DNA of 64,000 nt from Tubulanus polymorphus (taxonomy: Eukaryota > Animalia > Nemertea): positions 14,072,050 through 14,136,049 of the forward strand of contig NC_134026.1 of assembly GCF_964204645.1 (NCBI RefSeq), written 5' to 3'. The notes under the pieces are model-generated. The model was not told where the DNA came from. It was given only the letters and a program-made list of their open reading frames with translations, and searched no databases. Shown piece after piece: positions 44,123 through 56,495 of this stretch (position 1 is the stretch's first letter; every line of letters begins with the position of its first letter). A program made the position numbers and the translations under genes.

Positions 44123-44584
44123 GTAAGTGCAATGTTTTTAGTTACTAAGCATACAGATTATACAGATTCATATGATGCTTGAAGGATTACTATATTCCCG
44201 ACAAATTCATTGGGGATATTGTTTTCGCTGTGGTACATTGTTGTGCCTCAATGACCTTTGAATCTTTAGGTTTTTGTAAAACATGGGTGTTTGGTGGCAT
44301 GAACATGAACCTATTTAGTTTAAATTGCATTCAAGATCGCTGGTAAGCAGCCATCTTGGATTCCAAAAAAGTATATTTTGGGCTCTAAATGTGTCAGTAC
44401 TTTTGAGAATTGATATTTCACATAGATCTGGTCCTTTCAGGACTATTTCAAGTCAGGTGGTTTGATAAGACTGACATTTTCAGCTCCAATAGTTTAGTGA
44501 TAAACAGGGTAAAAAAAATTTGGGGGAATTTCGTGGGAACCCTGTTGATAACGCTTTGTTGCTTATTAATGAAAATTATAATGC

Positions 44585-46610
44585 ATACCTGAAGACCCAT
44601 TATTTGGAGAAGTTCATTTTGAATAACTGGTGACATGTACCGCTTCCCTGCTTTATTGATCCAATCGCTGAGTAACGAGTCATCCTCAGACCGGAGTTTA
44701 AGCAACTGAAAAAAGTTCTAAAAAACTGAAAAAGAGTCTATCTCTTCATGATCTCTCAGAGCTTCTGCTCGACGTGCCAAGTCCTTAAGCGTGGGACAAT
44801 TTTCAAAAGACAATGTCTCCTATCTTTCTTGTTCTGAAAATACAAAGCAGCAGGCATATATGAAATATTGTTTTCTCTTCAAAATTAAAGTGTACTGGCA
44901 CAACTTGGAGATTTGGAGTCAAAGTACCAATCATGGTAGATGCCTGGACCATGACCGACTGAGTCATTTAATTACATTGGAAAAAAATCAAATGAAGGAC
45001 AAACCTGGCCATTCTAATGTGCAATCATTTCTCCTACATTCTGGTTCTTTTGCCTCTGCCTTCCAATGAAAATTTGTATGCCTCTCTGCGAATCAATCCT
45101 GTTGTGTTTTGTCATAGATCCAGATACCTCATTCCAGTTGTTGTAACCTCTCGTAATGAAAGCAGTGTCGAATCTCTTGTTCTGCACTAATTTATCGGAG
45201 GAGAAAACTGACCTACAATAAATACAAAGGACATGGTCCTTCTCTTCATTGTAGGTGAGCCATTCATATTGACCGAAGTACTCCTGCTTACAGCGAGCTA
45301 GGCAAACAGTTGTACAACCATATGCCCCGTTCGGAAATGCATAATCCCTTTTTGGTCTATGTCTACTTACATCTGAAAATCAGGAAAAATTCAATCAATC
45401 AAAACTACAGTTATGAGTATATTATAATAAAAACAAACCTTACATCGCTGCTGTATAATTCTAAGCTTCATGGGACCCATCAGAGAGTGGGAACATTGCC
45501 ATCATTATTCATATTTCACAAATACATTGGAATTTGTTTCACTCTTCACCCTTCCATAACCAAGATTAATCTTTAAATATCTATGCTAAATACAAGTGCA
45601 AAAGGACATACCAGGTTCTACAGACGGTGGATCAACATAATTAGGCGCTCTTAGTTGAATCTCATCTAGTACTGGCTCATCGTCGATGGCTGCTTGCTGA
45701 ATCTCATCTAGTACTGACTCATCGTTGATTCAAATTCAAAATTGACCGTTAAAAATGACCTTTTCAACATTAATCAGGTGGAAATGGCCATTTTTTAGAT
45801 AATTTAAGTGCCCTTTCAAACATTACACCCCGAGCCTGCCATTTTTAACATTTAAAACAAAAGTGCCCTTTTTAAGAATTCTTTAGGCCCACATAAATTT
45901 AACTCGCACAAAATGTGCCCTTTTAAAAAAATACGACCCGATTTAAGTGCCCCTTTTAATCATTATACCCCACACGACAAGTGCCCTTTTCATAAGGCCT
46001 AAATTCATTAGTAAGTCTGTTACACGAATCGACACACTAGACTACAACTACACACAATCACATTTTGATTTTTTTGTGTGCACCTAAACAGGCTTCAAAT
46101 AGTATAGCATCGCTTGGCTTCAGACTCCAAGGCTTCTGCTGCTCTCTCACCCTCCATTGGCGGGCTGGCATGATTAATTTCTAACATTACATGCGTGATT
46201 ATGGTGATTAAACGACAAAATAATTCATTTTCGGAATATTTTTCTGTGAAACCCTAACCTGGAAGTAAACAATGCGATCCTATTTAGTGATTGAATTGTA
46301 GACTGGTCGCCTGTCCAATTCTGCCCCACCTGTATTCGCAGTCAGAATAGCTGAAGTAGACCGTCTACCTGAATCGCAGAACTCGAAACCGGTACGATAC
46401 GATAGTGGTCAGCGGTGTCGAATCCCACGAAAGGCAACATCGCATGGCGAATGTATTCACGGAACGATCACGAGTGACTCAGTACATATTTCTCGAACCC
46501 CCCTTAGTTTTTTTTTATGGATTTAGACGTTTTAGGTACCTTCTAAAATTCGTCAAAAACATTTTTTGTCCGACAAATGTCAGATCGTCAGACCCCTTGC
46601 TACGCGCCTG
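44585..46610 (-). mobile_element. Decayed hAT transposon (ZMYM1-like transposase remnant)
   Basis: Reverse strand gives TTF-type zinc finger EWLTYNEEKDHVLCIYC...GYNNW (~45130-45300) and DUF4371-like LLKLRSEDD...YMSPVIQNELLQIM. Candidate TIR CAGGCGCGTAGC at 46610. Repeated AAGTGCCCTT subterminal-type motifs at 45800-45990. Confidence 0.75.
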
Positions 46611-47606
46611 AAGTATCGTAGGATTTTTTGGTGGTACGGTGAAATTGAATTTGATATCTCAATTTCTTTGAATTCTTTCTCCAATGAGATTTTTGATGAA
46701 TTCTAAAAATCTATAGAACTAACGAAAGAGTTCTGCCATTGTTTGTGATCGAGTCTCGCTCCAAAAAGAGCGCAGTAGCCCATTCTCGTTGTAACTAATT
46801 CGATTTAGCCGATTTAATCCTGCTCTGTAGCAGGATTAGATTTTCGGGTTAGACTTATTCGAATTACCGTTAACTCATTTTTTTGTGAAACGACCATTGA
46901 AAATTAACCTCAAAATTATAATTTGGATTAGCAAACTAACCCAAATTAGAGGCTTTTAGAGGCTCTAACCCAAATTAGAATCTCCGTTTGTGAAACCGGG
47001 CCATGGCCTCTTTTCTGGAATCAACCTGCACTCTTAGAAATTTGACATGTACCCTTATACATACAAAACAAACAAACATTTGAAAAATAATCTGAGTTCA
47101 TGGTTAATAATACTAAGATTCATGCACTTCCTTGTCCCTAATCTGCGTGGGTGATTGGATTGATTGTATCAATAAATGACCAGCATGGTCACATACTGGA
47201 CGTATCGGCCCCACTCCGCGCGGTTCCGCCACCGTGCGGGATTTACGCGAAGCAGCAAAAACAAACATGGCTACTCTCTCAATTTTCAATGATAGAAATC
47301 GTGTGTGCATTTCAATTATTTCGGCTGTTAGGGTTTTAAGGCACAATATAAGTTGATGATGTGATATGGCGATGTTAATTAATGATAATTCCGCAGTGAA
47401 GCTAGTCACGAATGGTGCCGATCGAGTGTACAGCTGCCAAAAACACTGAAATGTGCATAGTTGCGTAACTATTTGCAGTGAATTGCAGACGAAACATGAC
47501 TCCTTAACGGCCGTTTAAAAAAAAATTATACCAATCGCAATTGTAAAATAAAAATAAGATAAAAGCTAAGTTAAAATTCTGGCTATTTCTAAAATGTTAT
47601 TACTAA

Positions 47607-49183
47607 TTTTTAGCCCACTTGGGACTTTAGTCCCAGCGGGCTATTGCGTTCACTTTTCGTCCGTCGTCCGTCCGTCCGTCCGTAGACGGAATCCAGTTAT
47701 TATGGGAAGTTTTAAAGACGCTTCAATGTAACGTCTTGATATTTGGGTTACACATGTATCTACCCTAGACACATCTTCAGCCCTAAAACTGGCCCTGTCA
47801 GAATCAAGATGGCCGACTGGCAGCCATTGTTGTTCGCCAAAATCAGCACTTTTTACACATTTTTGAATTTTTTGGCGGAAATTTTGAAGACGCTTTGATC
47901 AATTACCTTGATCTTTCGGACATATGTGAATCCCCCCAGGGCCCATCAACATAACAAAAATTGGGTCGGTCGGACTCAAGATGGCCGTCCTATGACCTTT
48001 TTAGTGCCCAAAAATGTTAATTTTGGCCCGAATTCTGAGTCTGTAGCTTCCTACTGGTTTGCCATTTCTCATTACAATTTGTGATGGGTGTTCTTTGGAA
48101 AGGGATGTTTTATACCTGAGACAGGTATTTTTCATCAGCCAATTATGACGCAATTGGCGGCCATCTTGGTGTAACCAGTACTCATTCGTAAGTGGGAAAA
48201 AGTTTTTCCACATTATATTGATACCTAAGCGTATTTTGCTACCACAATCAATTAGAAAGTTGTAGCTCATAACGTGTTCTATGATTGTGGTGAGTTTCAA
48301 GGTAATTGGATTTCGTATATGGCCACCAGGGGGCGTTGAATAATACAATATCTTAGCATTTCTTTATTATATTCGTACCTATGACTATTTTGTGACCACA
48401 ATCAATTGGAAAGTTGTAGCTCATGACATCATCTATGATTGTTGCGAGTTTTAAGGACATAAGTTTTTCTATATGGTCACCAGGGGGCGTTGAATAGTAG
48501 AATAACTTAGTATTTCCTTATTATATTGGTACCTAGGCATATTTTGTTACCATGATCAATTGCAAAGTTGTAGTTCATGACATGTTCTATGATTGTGGTG
48601 AGTCTCGAGGTCATTGGGTTTTGAATATGGTCACCAGGGGGCGTTGAATAGTAGAATGACTTAGTATTTCCTTATTATATTGGTACCTAGGCATATTTTG
48701 TTACCATGAACAATTGCAAAGTTGTAGTTCATGACATGTTCTATGATTGTGGTGAGTCTCGAGGTCATTGGGTTTTGAATATGGTCACCAGGGGGCGTTG
48801 AATAGTAGAATGACTTAGTATTTCCTTATTATATTGGTACCTAGGCATATTTTGTTACCATGATCAATTGCAAAGTTGTAGTTCATGACATGTTCTATGA
48901 TTGTGGTGAGTTTCGAGGTCATTGGGTTTTGAATATGGTCACCAGGGGGCGTTGAATAGTAGAATGACTTAGTATTTCCATATTAAATTGGTAACGAGGC
49001 ATATTTTGTTATCACAATCAATTACAAAATCGTAGCTGCTGACATGTTCTATGATTGTGGTGAGTTTTAAGGTCATTGGTTTTTGTAAATGGTCACCAGG
49101 GGACGTTGAATATTGAAATTGTTAGATTGTTGAGCATTTGAAACCATTTCCCAAGTGGGCATGGTGTCCCTGGACCCCTAGTT
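47607..49183 (+). mobile_element. HINE family 1, full copy with an expanded six-unit central array
   Basis: CACCAGGG recurs at 48324, 48478, 48632, 48786, 48940 and 49094, an exact 154-bp period. Confidence 0.88.
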
Positions 49184-49633
49184 AGTCAGTGCGGAACGTT
49201 TAGTTTTCCAACAATGATGAGGGGTGGTAGGTAGTCATGCAATTCAAGTCATCATTTATTACACGTTACTTCCGTGTTGTTGAAAATCTCGCGAGTCCTG
49301 GACCAAACCCCATTGAACAATGTGATCTGTGTGCTGGCCACAAATGCACACAGATCACACTACACTACCCATTACAAACTCCAGTACCCACAGCTTTCAT
49401 ATATCCATCCAAATATTTAGAGTGTGTTTCTTCCTGGTTATAGCCTTTCATTGACAGTTAGATATGACTAAGATATGACATGTAAGCTTTTAACAGTATG
49501 AAATATGAATCGATCAGATGGTCATCTTATTTTCTTTGTTTATTTGTTATGAAATACTTATGAGTACATGTACATGTATATGTTTTCAGTAAGAGAATAA
49601 TCTTATGTCTTATAATGTCTTCCACAATTTCAG

Positions 49634-50100
49634 CACTTCCTTCTCCATTGGCTCGAGCGAATAGTTGTAGTAGTATATCAAGTCTAGGACCCGGGTTCTA
49701 CGCCAAACAACCAACATATACACCAGATTTTACAGTCAAAGCTTTGAGTGATGTGCAGTATATGAAAATAAAGCGGGCTCATTATATCGCAGCGCGGAAA
49801 GCTACACTCATGGAACGAAGCTCTAAAAACAATGAATATGACCCCTTTTCAAAGGAATGGGCTAAAGTGAGTTCTATGCAGCACCACTGTGGAAGTGTTG
49901 ATGGTCATTCAGAAACTGGAGACCGTAACCGTAGTGAAAGCTTCACACCATCCGTTGATTTCAATATATCCATGACACGAGATGATGATAAAGAGGAGAC
50001 AGGAAGTGTCACGTCTGAATCGAATATGCTCACTGATAGATATATCAAAGATTCTGGGCTAGATGGCAATAGAACTGAAGAAGACTCAGTGCAACTTTGA
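49634..50100 (+). CDS. CNNM: CNNM exon 5 (end of CNBH and C-terminal tail, stop TGA)
   Basis: Acceptor tttcag in phase 1. YTPDFTVKALSDVQYMKIKRAHY matches the CNNM PD(F/Y)xVxALSD motif. The five exons sum to 2355 nt (785 codons). A small missed exon cannot be excluded. Confidence 0.9.
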
Positions 50101-51611
50101 CCAATTTTTAAAAAGACGTTAGCATATATGGTTGTTTTAATTTAAATTAGATATCAGGACCTAGTGCCACACTTCTAGTTTGAAATTGTTTTCCTATTTT
50201 AAAACAATGGAAATGAACTTATTTTATCTAGAGTCATTTTTTTAGATACAAACTAGACATATGGATCCAGTTGCATTAATGCAGGTGTCATTGAAATTCC
50301 TGTCATCCCCTGCATAGGCATTCAACAGTAATGCGATTCTTTCTATCATAACTTGACATCGTATATCTTTCGTTCTGATTGTTCACCGGATCGAATGAGA
50401 CCCAGATTACTCACGTTTTAAGTTCACTTCATTTTGAAACTCAGTTGAATGTTACACGGATCTTCAGCCCAAAAACTGGCCCTGTCAGAATCAAGATGGC
50501 CGACTGACAGCCATTGTTGTTCATCAAAATCAACACTTTTTACACATTTTTGAACTTTTTGAGGGAAATTTTGAAGACGCTTTTATAAATTACCTTCATC
50601 TTATATATATATTAGAATCCCCAAAGGGTCCATCAGCATAAGAAAAATTGCGTCGATCGGACTCAAGATGGCCTTCCTATGACCTTTTTAATGCCCAAAA
50701 TGTCAATTTTGGCCCATATTCCGAGTCCTGCAGCTTCTTCCTGGTTTGCCATTTCTCATTGCAATTTATAATGGGTATTCTTTGGAAAGGGATGGTTTAG
50801 ACCAGAGACAGGTATTTTTGATCAGCCAATTATGACGCAATTGGCGTCATCAGTACTCATTTGTAGGTGGAAAAAGTTTTTCCACATTATATTGATACCT
50901 GAGCATATTGTGTTACCACAGTCAATTGCAAAATTGTAGCTCATGACATCGTCTATGATTGTGGTGAAGTTAAGGACATTAGTTATTCTATATAGTCACA
51001 AGGGGGCGTTGAATAGTAGAATATTTGATTGGTACCTAGGCTGATTTGGAAAGCAACTGAGATGTCTCACACCTAACAACAATTAACAGCAATAGAAATT
51101 AGGGAAACAATGTTGCTCACACATATTGAAAAATGTCAAATGAATGTTGAATTCCTCAGGTCATGCTATTTTGGCATATTTGAATGATCCCTGAATGCCT
51201 TTTAAAGGGATATCATCATTTGTTGAACATTAGTAGTATTTCTGTAGTAGACAACCTTTGTGAAATACTGTTGAATTCTTGACTGAATTACTGTTGAATT
51301 CCTGAAAAACCCGAAAGTTAAAAGCCTATGCAGGAGGGTGACAAGAATTTCAATGATGGCTGCATAAATTTGAACTTACACATTTGCATTGCAGTATCTA
51401 TGTAATTTCTATATACATCGAAAAGTATCACTGTATGAATCATAGGATTGATTGTTAGAGTTTTATGTAATCATGAAGTAGATGTGATAATGTTAAGTTG
51501 TCGATTGAAAAACCTCAATGATATAGTTGTCGAGCCCACCGAAATAAATGAAAATATCTGAAAGTTGTGTTTGTATGACTTAGCAATGCAGAAGTCATGA
51601 CAAAAGGTTAA

Positions 51612-52818
51612 AGGGGTCATGAAGTTGTTTTTGAGATATGGCTAAAAGTATTTTTTATCATCAGTTGTGACCTATTGATTGATTTAGTGGTCAAGAAATT
51701 AATTTTTAATTCTTCAGTTAGTGTTAAAACAAGACTTTTAATCGGCCGCGCTGATTCCTTTGCAACCTGAAAGTGTGACATCATTCAACCAAAACAACAT
51801 GGTGTAGTGTATAGAAACAAACTGCGATTAAAGTGCAAAATAGTGACTCAAATACATCAGATTCCAATCAAACGTCTGGAGTTAAGGAAGCCAACAGTTG
51901 TTATTAATAGACAGTCAAAATCATTCCATTTAATTTGGACCTGACGCCTCAGAACGAAGCAATTTATGACTATAGTACAGCATATTTCTACGCCGTGGAG
52001 TAGCGAGCATTCATCATCAATTAAGTCATTCCCTCTCTGTAAAAACCACACGGAGGGGATGACTGATATAGACATCGCAGATATTTCTGTGGGCAGAGAA
52101 AGTTTTATCCAGTACTGGACCATAAAAGCGTCCTGAAACCGTAAACTTGTTCGTGAATCCCAGCCCAGCCTGCGCGATCCCGTGTAAAAGTAATGTGTGC
52201 TGCATACATACAGTCATTATGTTGTACATACTACAGCGATGTGGGTCACTGGGGAAAGCCAGTACTATATGCAGTGGAAAGCGCATATCTCTTACTAGGT
52301 ATTGAATTTGCAAATCACGTCACTTGGCAGAATAAAAGGCTCTCGGATAATAAAAACATAAGTTTTGTGTATCCAAGATTATGTGTGCTGTAATATTTGC
52401 AAGAATCCTTCTCTAAAGTGTGAAGCTAGTTTACACATATGGCGGGTGTTTTCGCCCTTACGGTCCATCATCTTAGGGCCAAATCTTTGGTTTTGGCCAC
52501 TAAGATTTGTTGCTGCCTTTGTGGGAACAGTTCATAGCTTCACACAGCAAAGGCATTTCAAAAGACGGTAAAATTAGCGCAATATTCAACGAAACTGAGC
52601 ATTGTATTTTAACGCTTCTGAGTGTCCTGCAGGCGATGTGTTCTCAAAATGACATCACCGCGCAAACGCGAGCGTCCTGTTGCTACGGGCTTTTCTCGAG
52701 TTTGGATAAAGATATTAAAAAAATTTTTCCACGAGAATACTATAGATGCATACGGTGCATGTTTTATACAAAAAAATTAATTTTTTAAAATTTTATTCAA
52801 AACCTCTTCATGACCCCT
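51612..52818. mobile_element. Non-autonomous Kolobok-like DNA transposon
   Basis: TTAA on both sides (51608-11, 52819-22) and perfect 13-bp TIRs AGGGGTCATGAAG / CTTCATGACCCCT that start with purines. A possible decayed THAP-like start (MPLLCEAMNC) lies on the minus strand near 52557. Confidence 0.72.
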
Positions 52819-53269
52819 TTAACTGTCATTTCTACCCTGCCAAAGGGCTATTCTATTTAAGTTTTAATCCACCTGGGACTGGTGCAGACGGGCTATTGCA
52901 TTCACTGTTCATACGCTCATACGTCCATATCCAGTTATTTTAGTCAGTTTGAGTCTTGTCTTGATAGACGAGGGCTTCTAAAATTGAAACTCTGTTCCCG
53001 TAAAACATTACACAGCTGAATATGACTCTTACTAATGTTTCGATTATTCCCTCCAACATAGCGTCTCCAGATTTCTGATTTAATGGTCGAAAAAGGTTAT
53101 TCTATCGCAATTTTGCAGGTTAGTTATGTGGTAGATGAGAGGGGGTTAAGCAATCGCGAAGTATTACGTCCGTCTTGACATAGGAGTAATTGGGAAAGTA
53201 GGCTTTCAGATCAGAGGGCGAGAGGGCGAGACACCACTCATCAGCACAAGTAATTTTTTTTCCTAATAA

Positions 53270-53596
53270 ATGGGAGATAGAAAAGCATTCTTAGCAACAA
53301 TAAATAACAGAATTAAACCAACAAAAAAACAATTTGAAATAAAAAAGTTAGTTGATGTTACAAAAGAAATTGAACATAAAATATTGAAATTAGAAAAGAT
53401 AAAAACTAAATATGGAGAGAAAGTATCAGCTAATTTAAGCTACTGTAATGTTAGTACATCACGAGAATTTAAAGTGTTTTTACCCGATAAATGGGTTTCA
53501 TTGAGTACAGAGGAATTGAAAGATTTAGTAGGATTTAAAATAATATATCATGGGAAAAATGAAGACGGTCATCATGATTTAGAAATTGTTGATTGA
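53270..53596 (+). CDS. Small basic protein of the viral cassette, possibly an OB-fold ssDNA-binding-like protein
   Basis: 108 aa with the same AT-rich codon style and T-run/ATAAATG start as the cassette. The pattern KTKYGEKV...FKVFLP...IIYHGK recalls small Polinton-associated beta-rich proteins. The fold is an inference. Confidence 0.6.
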   Translation: MGDRKAFLATINNRIKPTKKQFEIKKLVDVTKEIEHKILKLEKIKTKYGEKVSANLSYCNVSTSREFKVFLPDKWVSLSTEELKDLVGFKIIYHGKNEDGHHDLEIVD

Positions 53597-54692
53597 ATAA
53601 AAAATAAAAATAATGAATATCTAGAATCCAAAATGACCTTAGTCGTTTTATAAACAACTACAATCATACAGTCAAACATCTGTTACATGTTATTATAAGA
53701 GAGTGCTTCATTTGAATATTGATCGATCAAACAGGTGTTGCGCAACGTTGTTGTTATATAATAAGCACGCAGTACATACAACACACACAAGCCAGTTAGC
53801 CGGTATTGAACCACCACGTTTTCATTGGTTGCTGAAAGCGAGGTTTATTTAAATTAGATCGGCCGTGACGAAGGATAGTCATCATTCTCTCGTGATTAAA
53901 AGGAATATTTCAATGTTTTTACGGTAAGTTTTAGCGAAATTGCCCTATCCTCGACCTACAGAGTTTTCAGGGGATAAGCATCCCATTATTGAAAGGCGCC
54001 ACGGGACGCTTATCCCCCGTCATTTCTACTTACACCCCTGGCGACCCACGTCAACCGGGATCTCCTTCAATGATTGGTAGAAATCACATTATATTAAAGG
54101 CGCCTAATGTAATTTCTACCAATCTCGAAATTCGAAACCGAAGGAGAAACCCGGAGAGTGGACGAAGGTGCATTTTCAAAATGCCTCTGCTGGCCAGAGC
54201 TACTCCAGTGGTTGAATGAATTACCTTATATACTTAGCTAAAACACCTAAGTAAATGTTGCTGGTGCTAAAAAAATATGTGAAATTTGAAATTATAAATT
54301 ATTCCGAATGAAAAGAATATAAGAATGAAAACTGATAAATGAATTATGGATTTTTAACTTAATTATGATATAATTTTTAATCAAATTAGTAATCTATTAC
54401 CATGTTAATTGATTAACAAATTCAAATTCAAATTTAAATATTCATTTTAGCATCACACCCCACCCAGTGCTGCCATCTTTCAATTTAAGAAAAAACTAAT
54501 AATAAGAAACGACTGTAATACAATATTCAAGTAAAAACAAAATAAATTAATAAAAATAATGAATATCTAGAATCCGAAATGACTTATCTGGACAATTTAA
54601 TCGCTCCGCATAGATAGACAAAAGTAGTGAGATATTCAATTAATATTCAATTAATTAAAAAAATTATTTTTTTTTGCTTTTTTTCTAAAATA

Positions 54693-55062
54693 TTAATCCA
54701 TTTTTTTAATTATCAATTTTGGAATTTCAGAAGTACTTTCATTTTTGATAGCAGTTGGTTCAGAATTACTAATATCATGAATTTTATTTGATTTCTTATA
54801 CCAATTACACCCCAATCAAAATGAATACAATTACAAATCCAACTGTAAAATATAGATATTTATCAAACATTCTATTATCAGAAGGAGTAGAAATAACAAT
54901 ATTTTCACTATTTTTATTAACATTTTTATTACTTATTTTTTCTTTTACAGCTTTTTTATATTCTTGTGATTTAATTCCTAATTGCCGAGACCATTCAATT
55001 TGTTTCTGAGTTCTCGGTTTTTTCTTCACAGTTAATTCCTTCACTTCTTTCACTTCGCTCAT
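54693..55062 (-). pseudogene. Small single-pass membrane protein, apparently frameshifted (about 122 aa if repaired)
   Basis: ATAAATG start, basic N-terminus KKPRTQKQIEWSRQLG, hydrophobic YLYFTVGFVIVFILIG. Removing one base from the run at 54810-54813 extends the frame to ...CNWYKKSNK...KLIIKKMD*. Confidence 0.6.
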
Positions 55063-55602
55063 TTATTATAGAAATATTTTTACTTTCAATATTTGAAAAT
55101 GTTATAACCCCGGTTGATAATAATGTCATAAATCCACCTAATTGAAATGATAAATATCCAATCCATTTATTTAATTCAGTCATAACTAAATAGTCATTTT
55201 TTAAATCGGAATATAATCTATTTTCATTTTCAATTGGTAGTATATAATTACATAATTTACCTTTTTACCTTTTACTACATTTTCTGATATCGCGTCATTA
55301 ATTTTAGCTGTTCTGGCGGCTTCATAAATCTTAAATAATCTAATAATTTCAACTGATTTCATTGTATCTAATTCATTATAAGTTAAATTTTTATCAACAA
55401 ATTTTTTACATTTTCCAGATGCTATTAATATTTCTAATTGATGTTTGCAATAAAGATAATATTCATAATTATTATTTGTTGTAACATTACTTAAAACACC
55501 ATCATCTGGAATTAATTTGTTTTCTGTTATTCCTAAATCATCTAAAGTTTTTTCAATTGGAACATCACCATTTTTAGATTTTATTCTCTTTTCACCTCCC
55601 AT
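54995..55602 (-). pseudogene. Conserved-looking viral protein split by an 8-bp duplication (about 199 aa if repaired)
   Basis: ORFs 55201-55602 and 54995-55183 join in frame when one copy of the tandem TACCTTTT (55258-55273) is removed, giving ...VVKGKLCNYILPIENENRLYSDLKNDYLVMTELNKWIGYLSF... Confidence 0.7.
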
Positions 55603-55635
55603 TTATAAAACAAAAAAATTAATTGTGTGATGTTG

Positions 55636-55885
55636 CAACTAGAATTTAACTAGAATGTAACTAGAATTCAACTAGATTAACAAACTAGTTGAAATATTGT
55701 TGTTTTTGTTTATTTCTAGTTAAATCTAGTTGATTTTTGTTTCAACTACTAACAACTAGAATTCAACTAGAATGTAACTAGAATTAAACTAGATTAACAA
55801 GCTAGTTAAAATATTGTTAAATCTATTTGATTTTTGTTACAATTACTAATAACTAGAATTCAACTAGATTAACAAACTAATTGAA
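55636..55885. repeat. Intergenic array of AACTAGAAT-type 11-mers in about three higher-order units
   Basis: AACTAGAAT(T/G)(T/C/A) repeated head to tail, with inverted TCTAGTT copies. Confidence 0.85.
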
Positions 55886-55886
55886 T

Positions 55887-56495
55887 TTAAATAAATTCAT
55901 ATTTAAATGGGTGTTGTAATCTAAATAGTAATTTTGATCTTTTAATATTTTTCAACTTATCCATATATTCATTATGTAAATCATGCGGAATAATATCATT
56001 TTCCTCAAGTGCATTTTTCATCGATTTTCTATCTTTATTGTAGAATAAAACTAGAAATCTAATGTTTTCTCTAAAGTCTTTAACAATTGAATTATATTTT
56101 TGATTTAAAACCCATGTTGTTATCCCAAAATGTCTCCCAGAGAAAGCTAAATAGCATAACTCACTTTCTCTAACTTTTGAATCATGTAGATTAGCACAAT
56201 CATCTATAATGAATAATGTATTTGATCCTTTATAAATATCAATTGCTATTTTAATACAATTATCTAAATTTTCTTTTACTGTTTTAGGATCAAATATAAT
56301 AAATTTATTATTCCTAGTAATATTTCTATCATAAGTTTGATTAAATTCATATGTTGGACAAAATAATACTATATTATCAAAATAGTTTTCATAAACAGTT
56401 TCTAATAAATTTAATATAAAATAAGTTTTTCCACAATTTGTTACACCAGAAATTAACATATTATGAGGCTCAAATATGAATAATTCCTTATTCAT
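55887..56495 (-). CDS. A32/FtsK-HerA-family DNA packaging ATPase
   Basis: Walker A GVTNCGKT, Walker B LFIIDD, SGRH arginine motif followed by hydrophobic strand and Q (WVLNQ), then RENI. 202 aa, intact. Confidence 0.92.
   Translation of the reverse strand: MNKELFIFEPHNMLISGVTNCGKTYFILNLLETVYENYFDNIVLFCPTYEFNQTYDRNITRNNKFIIFDPKTVKENLDNCIKIAIDIYKGSNTLFIIDDCANLHDSKVRESELCYLAFSGRHFGITTWVLNQKYNSIVKDFRENIRFLVLFYNKDRKSMKNALEENDIIPHDLHNEYMDKLKNIKRSKLLFRLQHPFKYEFI

Noticed and set aside
53195-53245. Minus-strand CTGATGAG...GAAA, a possible hammerhead ribozyme at the left edge of the viral cassette
   Set aside because: No convincing stem II closes before GAAA, and stems I and III could not be built.
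52823-53269. Search for a Polinton terminal inverted repeat (AGT/AG-repeat terminus) with a partner on the right
   Set aside because: No matching inverted copy could be found by eye within the window, so the boundaries are left undefined.
53989-54219. 76-aa plus-strand ORF across the hairpin island
   Set aside because: Non-ATG start, no ATAAATG context, composition unlike the viral genes; better explained by the GC-richer structure.
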